Positions 27,891 to 38,186 of a DNA stretch of 64,000 nucleotides are shown here, in pieces. A model generated the notes under the pieces. The model searched no databases, had not been told where the DNA came from, and saw nothing but the letters and a program-made list of their open reading frames with translations. A program made the position numbers and the translations under genes. Position 1 is the first letter of the stretch, and each line of letters begins with the position of its first letter. The stretch is from Octopus sinensis (taxonomy: Eukaryota): NCBI RefSeq assembly GCF_006345805.1, contig NC_043005.1, positions 39,060,001-39,124,000 of the forward strand, written 5' to 3'.

Positions 27891-28583
27891 ATACACCTAT
27901 TTTTTTTTTTTTACTGTCTCTTATATCCTAAGATATAGGCCATTACAAATGTGTCTTCATATTAATTCCTCAGGTTCTTTGTTCTTCTCTTTTTAAATCT
28001 ACATTCTTCAAAATACCAAATGAGTTGATAATATTACTGAAACAAGCATCATTCTACCAAACTATACTTATCTTTACCTTATTATATGTCGGCACAGTGT
28101 TCGACGACAAATCACACGTGACATTACCCACAATCCTTTGATGTTGTTCTGCTCGGAGATCTCTGTAGATTATTCATTGGAATTTTTAAAGCGGTCGATA
28201 TTATGGTATAATATGCAAAGGAAATCGCGTCCAGATATTAACTCGACGATTTAGATTCATAAAGACAGTTTTATATCTCATAACAGACACATTAAACAAA
28301 TTATTATTGCTATTGTTGCGAATGTGGATGGCGGAATCACTCGAGTGTCAGACAAATTGCATTGCGGAATATAGCCATGTCTCTTTACCTTCCCAGTTCA
28401 AACCCGGAGACGCCGGCTTTTATCTTTCATCCTTCCGAGGTCAATAACAATAAGGACCAGTTTAAGTACAGAGTGAAGTCAATAAAATCCATTACATATT
28501 CCCTCGCGCGCACACGCATTCAACATTTGCGGTCATGTACTAATGTCTTTAAAACGTTATTGTTAGTTTTGTTTCCCTTCAGC

Positions 28584-28850
28584 TGACGCCTTAATAGCTC
28601 AGTGACTAGGTTATGCGGCGAACGAGCGTAAGGTCATGAGTTCCCAGTTGCGCGTTGACGCTTCGAACAAAACACTTTATTTCTCGTATCCATTCAGTCG
28701 TCTCAGCAGGTAAAAATGAGTTGTGCTTGTAATTTTAAAAGACAGCTTTCTCACTTCATGTGTCGCGCTACATTCCCAAGAGAACTACGTTAACATTACG
28801 CGTCCCTGAAGTGCCAAAGCACTTGCATGATAACTTCATGAGTTGGTTCT
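28584..28850 (+). mobile_element. Decayed SINE family C
   Basis: Head TAGCTCAGTGACTAGG..GAGTTCCC; body AACACTTTATTTCTCG...CCCAAGAGAACTACGTT similar to 3348-3660. Confidence 0.6.
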
Positions 28851-28903
28851 TTGTTTGGTCGAATCAGCTGGAACACTCACCGTCTTAACTGCAAGACAGC
28901 CAG

Positions 28904-28967
<64 letters not shown>

Positions 28968-28968
<1 letters not shown>

Positions 28969-29183
28969 GGCGTAAAACTGGCAGAATCGTTGGCACGCTG
29001 GACGAAATGCTAAGCAGTATTTCACCCCTCGCTACGTTCTGAGGTTGAGTTCCGCGAAGTTCAACTGTAACTTTCATCCTTTCGGGGTCGGTGAAATAAG
29101 TACCAGGGAAACACTGGGGTCGATGTAATCGACAACTCCCCTTCCGCAAAATTTAAGGCCTTGTTCTTTTAGTAGAAAGGATT
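28968..29183 (+). mobile_element. SINE family B (AGTAGAAAGGATT tail) directly after (TTA)n
   Basis: Head CTGGCAGAATCGTTGGCACGC, body CTTTCATCCTTTCGGGGTCG, tail GGCCTTGTTCTTTTAGTAGAAAGGATT; (TTA)n at about 28907-28966. Confidence 0.85.
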
Positions 29184-29304
29184 CGAAGATCGCTCATAAA
29201 TGTAATTGAAACAGTACGTCAATATAACAGCATTTAATATAAAACCAATATCACGGGTGGCAAAACTGTTCAACACTGAAAGAAGCATAGAAGAATGCTT
29301 GTGG

Positions 29305-29386
<82 letters not shown>

Positions 29387-29393
29387 ATATCTC

Positions 29394-29596
29394 TCTGTAA
29401 AATTAATATGTGACAATTACTCGGTAGCCAAGATAAAACTCTGAGTTTCGGATCCGGTGATGGAAATCTATACCACCATCTCTTCAGAGATGGCCAGATA
29501 ACTGAAGAGATGGTGGTATAGATTTTCCACCACCGCATCCGAAACTCAGAGTTTTATCTTGGCTACCGAGTAATTGTCACATATTATTTTTACAGA
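29394..29596. repeat. 203-bp near-perfect palindrome, 14-nt loop
   Basis: Arms 29394-29487 and 29502-29596, about 4 differences. Confidence 0.95.
29493..29563 (+). ncRNA. Type I hammerhead fold within the palindrome
   Basis: GCCAGATAA-CTGAAGA-[32-nt irregular stem II]-GAAA-CTC A GAG-T-T-TTATCTTGGC; stem I GCC-AGATAA/TTATCT-T-GGC, GUU triplet at 29551-29553. Confidence 0.65.
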
Positions 29597-29665
29597 TAAA
29601 TTCCTCTATTTACATAATATTGAGGTCTCTTTCTTTCTTTTGTTATCTTACCGTTTTTACCTACA

Positions 29666-29700
<35 letters not shown>

Positions 29701-29794
29701 CAGATGGAGGCGGAAATAGCACAGAAGTAAGCCTAAAACATTTCAATTTAAGAAGGAATTTAATAAAAATGAATATAAAAATTATATAAAGAAA

Positions 29795-29833
29795 ATTATA
29801 CCAGTTTCGACGAATCTCATCTTATCAAATATC
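29795..29833 (-). ncRNA. Decayed type I HHR in the PLE 3' repeat
   Basis: GATAT-TTGATAA-GATGA GAT TCGTC-GAAA-CTGG-T-A-TAAT. Confidence 0.5.
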
Positions 29834-30504
29834 AGTAAAAATTCATAAAAATATGAGGTAAAATCAGTTTATATACTGTCTAGGCATCAAGAACATGTCT
29901 GGATATTTTTAATTGAAGTTTTCTTTAAACATAATTTGGTATAAACTTCACAGATTGAGAGAAGGGGTGTCTATTGTCTAAAAGAAACCTTAGTCTGTTC
30001 CTGCCAAGGGAGTGGCTAAAAATCATTTATTGAATGGGTTTTATGCCCATCTGTGTGTGGGGGGCGGTATATTGTTCAGAATGTCCTTTCAATATGCTTG
30101 GAAAGTGATCAGCTGTGAGCTGATGGGTTTGTATGTTTGAAGAGAGAATTAGGGTTTTCCTTTGGGTTAGATGTATACTTTTGACTGTCTCCAGTTTGTG
30201 TGTATATGAGTGGGCAGCAGCTGTGTGTATGTGTGCGGTCACTAGCTGTGTATGTGTATGTGAGTGTATGTGTGAGTATGTTTCGGCATGTGTGTGAGTG
30301 TTTTTTTGCGATGGTTTTTTTTCTGTGTATGTGTGTGTATGTGTGTGTGTTTATGTGTGTATTTGTGTTTGTGTGTGTGATTTGCGATTTTCTTTTTGTG
30401 TATATGTGTATGTTTGTGTGTGTGTGTGCGTGTGTGTTTGTTTCTGTGTATGTGCTAGCTTATATAAATATTAGAAAAATGATTCTGGAAATGATGAGTA
30501 TTGT

Positions 30505-32790
30505 TCAAAATGATAAGTATAACACTGTTTTCTTAAATGGCTGTTCCTGTTCATTGGTTGGTGTTGGGTATTTATTAAATAGTGGTTTATATTTGTTAAT
30601 AAATTGTCTTCGTTTGTTTAGTTTTCTTGTGCTTTGAAGGAATCTGAGCACTTGTAGAGGGGAAATATTTTGAAATTTGGTTGTAATGTGAGTGCTTAAC
30701 GGAATTTCCCTTGTGCTTTTGTTTCGGATCTGTTGGCGGTGTGTCATCATTCTGTAGCTTAACGATTCGTCCGTCTGACCTATGTAATTATGTTGGCAAC
30801 CTCGGTATGTGATCACGTAGACCAGATTTTCTTGTGGCAGGTGAGAGTGGACTTAACTTTCAAGGTTTGGCCTGGTCCCTAGACTAGGTAACGCCAAATA
30901 CCGCAGATTGTTCTCCCGCATTTTTCGACCGTTGGGTTGGGTTTCTTGGTGCGTTTTTGCTCCAGTGAGAATGAGTTTAGTATTTGGGATTGCCTTTTCA
31001 ATTTGATGATTTGTCGTTTACTTAATATTTTTCTCATTTTTTCATCTGCAAATAAGTTGGAAAGGTTTTTGTGGATGTGATCAAATATTTCGGTGTTCCT
31101 GGGATTGAAGATTGACACAAATGGTAAGACATTTTCCCTTCTTTTGTTTTTGTTTTCCTCCGTTCATTGATATCCAGTTGTTTCGCCTTGGTTATTCCGT
31201 TGGTTATTATGCCAGGAGAGAAGGCTTTTCGATTAAGTGTGTCCTTCAGTTCCTCTAGTCTTTGTTCACGTTCGGATGGTTCTGATAATATGGTGCAAAT
31301 TCGTTTTGCCAGATTGAAGGGAATGTTCAGTTTGGCGTTTTTTGGGTGACATGATGTGACAAGTAGGTACTGGTTGCAGTCGGTGGGTTTGTAGAAAATG
31401 TTCGTTTGTATTTTCCCATCTTGGTTTTTGATTAAGATATCCAGAAAGGCAAGTTCTTTGGGGCTAAACTACATTGTGAATTGGATGTTATTGCTGAGGT
31501 TGATTATCATGTGTTTGATTTCCTTTAACCTGTCAAAATTTCACTGCCATAATTTAAAGCAATCAACCAGGTATATTTTCCACTTTTTTTCTGAGTTGTG
31601 TACGGAACGTGTCACCTAATATTAGAAGAGATTGGTTGTAGATATTTTGTTCATGGAAGCCCATGATTAAGTTGGTGTATGTGGGGGCTACTTTCGTACC
31701 CATCACCGTTCGTGATGTTTGGTGGTAATCCGAACCGTTGAAGGCAAATAAGTTGTTTTCAAGTATGAATCTGATCTCATCAATGATAAATTCCTATTCT
31801 ATGCGCGTTGGTATTTCAGATTAGTGAGTGTCTAACCAGTATTGAATTGCAGTTATTCCATAATCACGTGGAATGTTGGTATAGGTTCACAACTTCAAAT
31901 GAAGTAAAAATTGTACGTTCAGTTACCGTTTTTGACAAATGATTTAGCATATATATGTCATCTTGTATGTAGCTCTGTATATGTTCTAGGAAGGGTTTTA
32001 TGAGGATGTCCAAGAAGTTGTTAATCCTGTGTATTTCACATGCCTACTATGATTGGTCTCAATTTTAGATCATCTGGGGGTGTTAGCTGTATGTATTTGT
32101 TTGTTGAGGATTTACAAGCATCACTTACCCTTTTGCATTTCTGGATTTTAAGCAAACCATAAAAGTTGCTCGTTTTGCATTTCTTTGTTGTTTAAGCCTT
32201 TGTTATACTTCCTTAAAAGAGTTGTGAGGTTTTCCTTTCTTTTTGACCTTTTGTAGTGGGTTACTTTTTCATAGTAGTTGTTTCCTCTAACATTGTGAGT
32301 GCTAGGTCTTTATAGTAATTTGTGTCCATGATGACGACAGTGCTCCCTTTATCAACTTCTTAGATAGTTATATCCGTATTTTCTTGTACATCCAGTAGGT
32401 CATTTCATTCATGCTTTGTAAAATTTGATTTAATGTTTCTTTGTTCAATTATTTCAAAGGGCAATTTCGCAATGTATTCACAGTAGGTGTCAAGTGCTAT
32501 ATTTAACCTATTATTTGGGCAAAAGTTGCTTTTGTGTCATGCGAGTGATTCGCCCTTATTATTAGAGTTGTTGGTGGAGCGTTCGTTCAGCCTGAGATTT
32601 TGGCAGAATTCTGGAATGTTATTTTTCAGTTCAGGTAAGCTAGGTGTTTGTGGTTTGGGTGTAAACTTCAGTCTCTTACCTAGTATTTCGATTTGGGTGT
32701 CAGTCAATGTTTTTCTTGAACGGTTGACTACCTTCGGTCTCTCGTGTAGGATGGGAGACAATGTGTGTCCCTTGGCAGGAACGTACAAAG
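30505..32790 (-). pseudogene. PLE reverse transcriptase + GIY-YIG endonuclease, many stops and frameshifts
   Basis: TLTDTQIEILGKRLKFTPKP (N-terminal), LKLRPII / LDILIKPFLEHIQSYIQDD, MGTKVAPTYTNLIMGF, WKIYLVDCF (YLDD motif decayed), CQHNYIGQT (GIY-YIG). Confidence 0.9.
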
Positions 32791-32952
32791 ATTCCTTCTA
32801 GATAATAGACACCCTTTCTCTCACTCTCTAACACTTTGAACACTAAACCAAACTATATTTAAAGGAAACTTTAAAGAAAGATCTCCAGACATGTTCTTGA
32901 ACCACAGACAGAAAATAAACTGTTTCCATTTGAAATGTTTATAAATTTTTCT

Positions 32953-32992
32953 GTTATATGATAAAATGAGAGTCATCGAAACCGGTAATATT
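32953..32992 (+). ncRNA. Decayed type I HHR in the inverted PLE repeat
   Basis: GTTAT-ATGATAA-AATGA GAG TCATC-GAAA-CCGG-T-A-ATATT; homologous to 29795-29833. Confidence 0.5.
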
Positions 32993-33132
32993 CTTTTCAT
33001 ATATTTTCTTTGAATAGTTATTATTGAAATCCCTCTTGAATTGAAATGACTTAGAGAAACGTCTATGCTATTTCCACCTCCGTCTTCTATATATAAAAAT
33101 TTGATTTGTATAGATCTTTAATCTTTTTTAAA

Positions 33133-33178
<46 letters not shown>

Positions 33179-33701
33179 CCTATAACTATATCTATATAAT
33201 CGCAAAGCCGGTTTGGAAAGATTCCTGCGAGGTAGAGAAACAGACAGTGAGGGAGTAGAGGGAGAGCGAGAGAGGAAGTATGAAAGAGAGATAGAGAGAT
33301 AATCACATAGAAATGTACAAGTTACTATCAGTAAATCAGTAAATAGAATAATAGAAAACAAGCACAAATATATCACACGAGAAGAAAATATGTAAAACTA
33401 ACGTGCATCTAACTTACAGTATGACTAAAAACCGGGAGAGGAGATGTGGCAGAGGCAGTAGCGAAATATCTTCATGTAATACAATGCATACATTTAAATT
33501 GATAGGGTTTCTCTAAGGATGTGGGCAGTATATATCAGCACAATGATTTAGATTTCTATGAGAAATGGGATATTATCTAGATGTTTCTGACAGCCATTTT
33601 TTTATCATATGTAGGGTACACCCACAATAACAAGAACAATTCTCGCGTTAAGATGCCACGTCTTTTGTATTTCAATTTCCAGGTCCCTATGTTTAATTAG
33701 A

Positions 33702-34016
33702 GTGGTTGTATACTGTCAACTTAACGTGACAGTCCCTTAAGGGAATTATACCACCGCTATTTAGCCCTAGGAAGCATCGACGCTTCCTGTTGGCCTTGAC
33801 ACATTTCCTGTGTCCTTATATATTTACGAAGGGGAGACAAACACCCCCAACAGCTGTGTCCATATGTATTTACGAAGGGGAGACAAACAACCCCAACAGC
33901 TAGGCCTGCATCTAGATACATGCATGCTTCAGGGTCTTGCTCATCATCAGTCTAGAGTAGCAAGGCCTGCTAGCTGAAGATATTTGTCTAGACTTCGTAA
34001 ATATATATATATATAT
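33702..34016 (-). mobile_element. ~315-bp highly structured HHR-bearing insert in the R4 element
   Basis: Interrupts otherwise contiguous R4 codons; four short hairpins, a 46-bp tandem duplication (33810-33901), a rod-like fold closing at TATTTACGAAG/CTTCGTAAATA; ends in (TA)n. Confidence 0.65.
33911..33956 (-). ncRNA. Type I hammerhead, GAAG variant
   Basis: TCTAGA-CTGATGA-T GAG CAAGA CCC T-GAAG-CATGCATG-T-A-TCTAGA. Confidence 0.65.
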
Positions 34017-34520
34017 TTTCAGTGAAGTTTATTTTGTCATGTATATTTTTATCAGTGGGAACACTTACATCTATTAGTCTACAAGTATTTTCTTCTTTGT
34101 CTTCAATGACTATTTCTCGCCGATTCTCTTGGATCATTCTGTCGGTGTTAACTGGAAAATCCCGGAGGATAGTGACATTTTTACCTTCAACGACTGGCTC
34201 AAGCAGGATTGCTCATTTGTTGTGTTTACATATTTTCCAACGTTAATACTGTCCTACCCTATCGTGGTGATATTTGTATTCGCTTGGTGTCACCACAGCA
34301 CATCCCGAGACGAGATGGTCTATTGTTTCATCAAATTTATCCCAGAATCTGCATTTAGAGTCAGAGCCGTATTGAAGAACGTTAGCCTAGTAGTTTTTGG
34401 TAAGTTTTGATCTTGTGCTGCCAATATGAAACCTTCCGTCTCCGCTTCCAGTCCTGAGCTTCTCAGTCACTGATGAGTTATTGCTTGGTCTACATCAGCA
34501 TTTCGACTACGAAAACAGTA

Positions 34521-34669
34521 CATGGATAACAAGCCATACAGAAGTGGACATACGAAAGTGAATAAATGTAGTTTAAGACGATGTCTTTATTTTGTCTGCA
34601 TCATTCGTCCATCACAAAATACATTTATTCACTTTCGTATGCCCACTTCTGTATCACTCATTATCCATG
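34521..34669. mobile_element. 149-bp MITE, 50-bp TIRs, TA-flanked (Tc1/mariner-type)
   Basis: TA|CATGGATAACAAGCCATACAGAAGTGGACATACGAAAGTGAATAAATGTA ... reverse complement |TA. Confidence 0.8.
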
Positions 34670-35229
34670 TATTATTTGCTCTCGGCCCTATATTTTCCCC
34701 AGATTTCGTGCGCATCGCCAGCATGAGAAGTCTCTCAATCTTATCATTCATGGTGCAAAACTGAGTACTACCATCTGGTTGATAACTGATGAAAAATTAG
34801 GGACGTTCTATGTCTGTCTTCCGTTCGTTTGTGTACTCGGTATACGTTATACGATTTTTACCTTACGTTTGTTTATTTACAATACATCTTTTCAATTATC
34901 AAGTAACCGAACGCAATGCACTTACTAACAGTAAGTTTTATACATATGTGCGTGTCTATTTGTAGCCTTTCCTTTTTCTCCTTTTTAATTTTTTATTCCT
35001 TCTTACTTCTATTTTTAGCCTTCCTTCTTTCTCCTTTCCCCTCCATCCCTTCCCTTGTTTTCTCTCTGTCCCTCTCTCCCTCCTTCTCTCTTGCCATCTT
35101 TCTCTTCTGCCTACTGCTGACACGTGACCCGTTTGTGTACACAGTATACATTATACGTTTTTACATCTTGTTTGTTTATTTATAATATTTTTTCATTTAT
35201 ATACATATATAACTATGTGTGTGTGTGTT

Positions 35230-35268
<39 letters not shown>

Positions 35269-35343
35269 ATAATAATATTAGGGAGTAAATCCAAACTTAC
35301 AGGGAAAATTAGATTTAGGATTAAATCTAATTTTACAGTATAA

Positions 35344-36188
35344 ATATATATATTAAATCAGAGATAAACCACTATTAGGCAAATCAAACAGTAAAAAACA
35401 TAAACCAATAGATAGAAATAAAATTAATTAATATAATATACGAAATATATAAAATATAAAATTTAAAATTTAAATTATTTAAATTAAAAGTTAGAATTTA
35501 AAAAGTTATTTAAATTATTAATTTATACTTAAAACTTTATACATATATATATATAAATATATATATATATTTTTTTATTTCTATTTTTATTATTATTATT
35601 ATTATTTTAATTAAAAAAAATTTTTTTTATAAATATAACTATCAAAAAGTATGAAGAAGTTTAATATAAGATAAAAAGTAAAACCACTACGATCGTTTCA
35701 TGCCCATAACCTAATTCGAATAACAATAATTTAAATTCAATTAATAATTCGAATTATGGTTATAGTCAATCTTCAGGTTAATGATAAGACTTAAATAAAT
35801 AAGCAAAAATATTTAAACAATATTTTTAAAGAAATAAATAAAATAATAATTTTTCTTATAAAAAACTCTATTATCAAACTAGAAACTTTAACGATTATGA
35901 TTATGTCATACAATCGATTATAATGTTAAATATTAATTTTTAAGTATTAATTTTTAAGGTAAGAAACCCACAAATAATCTAATCTCAGTTATAGTCAATA
36001 TCTAATTACATAAATATTTAAAAATATATATATATTTTACAAAAAATTTTAATTATTGTTATTCGAATTAGGTTATGGGCATGAAACGATCGTAGTGGTT
36101 TTACTCTTTATCTTATATTAAACTTTTTAATACTTTTTGATAGTTATATTTATAAAAAAAATAATAATAATAAAAATAAAAATAAAAA

Positions 36189-36224
<36 letters not shown>

Positions 36225-36414
36225 TATAAGTATTAATTAATAATTTAAATATTTTTTAAACTTTAACTTTTAATTTAAATAATTTAAATTTTGAATTTTA
36301 TATTTTATATATTTCGTATATTATATTAATTCATTTTATTTCTATCTATTGGTTTATTTTTTTTACTGTTTGATTTGCCTAATAGTGGTTTTATCTCTAA
36401 TTTAATATATATAT
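35344..36414. repeat. Extremely AT-rich inverted repeat (arms about 35344-35734 and 36047-36414)
   Basis: Shared anchors GAGATAAACCACTATTAGGCAAATCAAACAG and AAAACCACTACGATCGTTTCATGCCCATAACCTAATTCGAAT in opposite orientation; 35461-35520 has only 3 G/C in 60 nt. Confidence 0.9.
35681..35783 (-). ncRNA. Type I hammerhead fold with long stem II, stem I decayed
   Basis: Minus strand AAC-CTGAAGA-T TGACTATAACCATAATTCGAAT...ATTCGAATTAGGTTATGGGCA T-GAAA-CGATCG-T-A-GTGG. Confidence 0.55.
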
Positions 36415-36698
36415 ATATATATATGTATATAGCAATTAAGGACAACTACTTAATAAGGAAAACTTAACAAGAAATTGTCAGGTAGATAGCGTGAAAACCT
36501 CATAAGAGAAAAAATTTCGAAAATAATTATTTCTTATTAAACATATTAATTTATATATAGAGGGCATTATACATACATGCCAGAAGGCATTATACATACA
36601 AGCCACACGCTAAGAGGGACAATTAGTCATTTCTACCAAAAATATTACTAATCCCACCGAATGCAATTTTTCAAAGTAAGACATTTAAAAAAATATAT

Positions 36699-36746
36699 AG
36701 ACCTGTATCACAGTGATTTCATACTTACGTATTCATCAGCAGGCCT
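36699..36746 (-). ncRNA. Type I hammerhead ribozyme, intact
   Basis: Exact reverse complement of 37148-37195. Confidence 0.85.
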
Positions 36747-37147
36747 GAATGTATTATAAATAAACAACGACCCTGCCCCGCTTAAGCCGGTCAGCTAACT
36801 GATCAACATCAACGAAGCACATGGGTGAGTTTACATATATTACATCCGGATAAATGGCAAACTTTTACGAATTGCATTTCGGGAGAGGAAAAGTTTTTTC
36901 GGAATAAAAATTTAGCAATTAAGGACAACTACTTAATAAGGAAAACTTAACAAGAAATTGTCAGGTAGATAGCGTGAAAACCTCATAAGAGAAAAAATTT
37001 CGAAAATAATTATTTCTTATTGAACATATTAATTTATATATAGAGGGCATGTAATATATGTAAACTCACCCATGTGCTTCGTTGATGTTGATCAGTTAGC
37101 TGATCGGCTTAAGCGGGGCAGGGTCGTTGTTTATTTATAATACATTC

Positions 37148-37195
37148 AGGCCTGCTGATGAATACGTAAGTATGAAATCACTGTGATACAGGTCT
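37148..37195 (+). ncRNA. Type I hammerhead ribozyme, intact
   Basis: AGGCCTG-CTGATGA-ATAC GTAA GTAT-GAAA-TCA CTG TGA-T-A-CAGGTCT: 7-bp stem I (one G-U), 4-bp stem II with GNRA loop, near-palindromic stem III, AUA triplet with predicted cut 3' of 37188. Confidence 0.85.
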
Positions 37196-37334
37196 ATATA
37201 TTTTTTAAATGTCTTACTTTGAAAAAATTGCATTCGGTGGGATTAGTAATATTTTTGGTAGAAATGACTAATTGTCCCTCTTAGCGTGTGGGTTGTATGT
37301 ATAATGCCTTCTGGCATGTATGTATAATGCCCTC

Positions 37335-37411
<77 letters not shown>

Positions 37412-38030
37412 ATGTACAGGTAAGCACATATTTGCAAAATAAGGTGGAACAATTGTACTCGAATACCAAAAGTAGAGTAATATGTTTTTCATTAAAGCTT
37501 CCAAATTATGACAGACCTCACAACCGACCACGGGAACAGGGAAACTCAGAGTAAAAGTTCTGTGATAATCTTGCAGCTTTACTATAAACTATACGTGTAT
37601 GTGTGTGTGTAAAAAGCATTGCACTCGTAAGCAATAAGGAATAGAGGTGAGTTGGTTTTAGCGGGGCTGAAAACTCCCCTCAGTTTTAAAATGAGTTGTA
37701 ACAGATTTATGAAAATGCAAGACCGGTTTCGACGACATTTTCGGAGGAGGATGGTTCAATGGAAAAAAAAAAACATGCTGAAAAATCAAAGTTTTATTCA
37801 AATTTCAATATCCAATGCTTATTTAATCTTTTAAGCATACTTTTCAAATTTTCTGTTGCATCTTCAAACTCCTCTAAAATTATTTTTATTTACTACTGAA
37901 ACGCAAAAAATTGTCGTAATAAACATGTAACAAAGGTTAAAAGTTAGAGCAACTTTAAGAGTGAATTGGAATTTCAACACTCCAAAGGAACTCTGTTATA
38001 TAGATAGGCACATAGATTTTATGTATGTAA

Positions 38031-38091
<61 letters not shown>

Positions 38092-38186
38092 CACTCTTCG
38101 TAGTGCTTGTTACACTCCGTAAAGTTGGATTCAAACTTGAGCAGGTAGAGTGGTAAATCTAAGGACAAGCACTTTAAGCAAGTCGC

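Larger units (their letters stand above)
29701..33087 (-). mobile_element. Penelope-like element, decayed, with inverted terminal duplication
   Basis: RT/GIY-YIG remnants on the minus strand; 29701-30010 is an inverted homolog of 32769-33087; both outer ends run into TA repeats. Confidence 0.88.
33400..34520 (-). mobile_element. R4/Dong-type non-LTR element (RLE domain to C-terminus), interrupted
   Basis: LRSSGLEAETEGFILAAQDQ..KCRF..DETIDHLVSGC..DRVGQ..LIDVSVP (34020-34520), then DLEIEIQKTW..VIVG..TAHILRETLSI* (33500-33700). Confidence 0.85.
36430..37345 (-). mobile_element. Non-coding HHR element: 483-bp unit with 138-bp direct terminal repeats plus a 297-bp divergent inverted copy; (TA)n on both sides
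   Basis: Direct repeats 36430-36567 and 36913-37050 (1 mismatch seen); inverted repeats 36549-36845 and 37049-37345 (about 4 differences). Confidence 0.8.

Noticed and set aside
33810-33901. Repeat pair suggesting a CRISPR-like array
   Set aside because: Only two abutting 46-bp copies, no spacers, eukaryotic context.
34786-34810. GATAACTGATGA resembling the 29493 HHR start
   Set aside because: No stem II or downstream GAAA/stem III.
35344-36414. Mitochondrial control-region insertion (NUMT) as the cause of AT richness
   Set aside because: No tRNA, rRNA or mitochondrial CDS seen; inverted symmetry and HHR motif fit a retroelement better. A BLAST would settle it.
37720-37750. Minus-strand GAAACCGGTC (HHR 3' half)
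   Set aside because: No matching core or stem I upstream.
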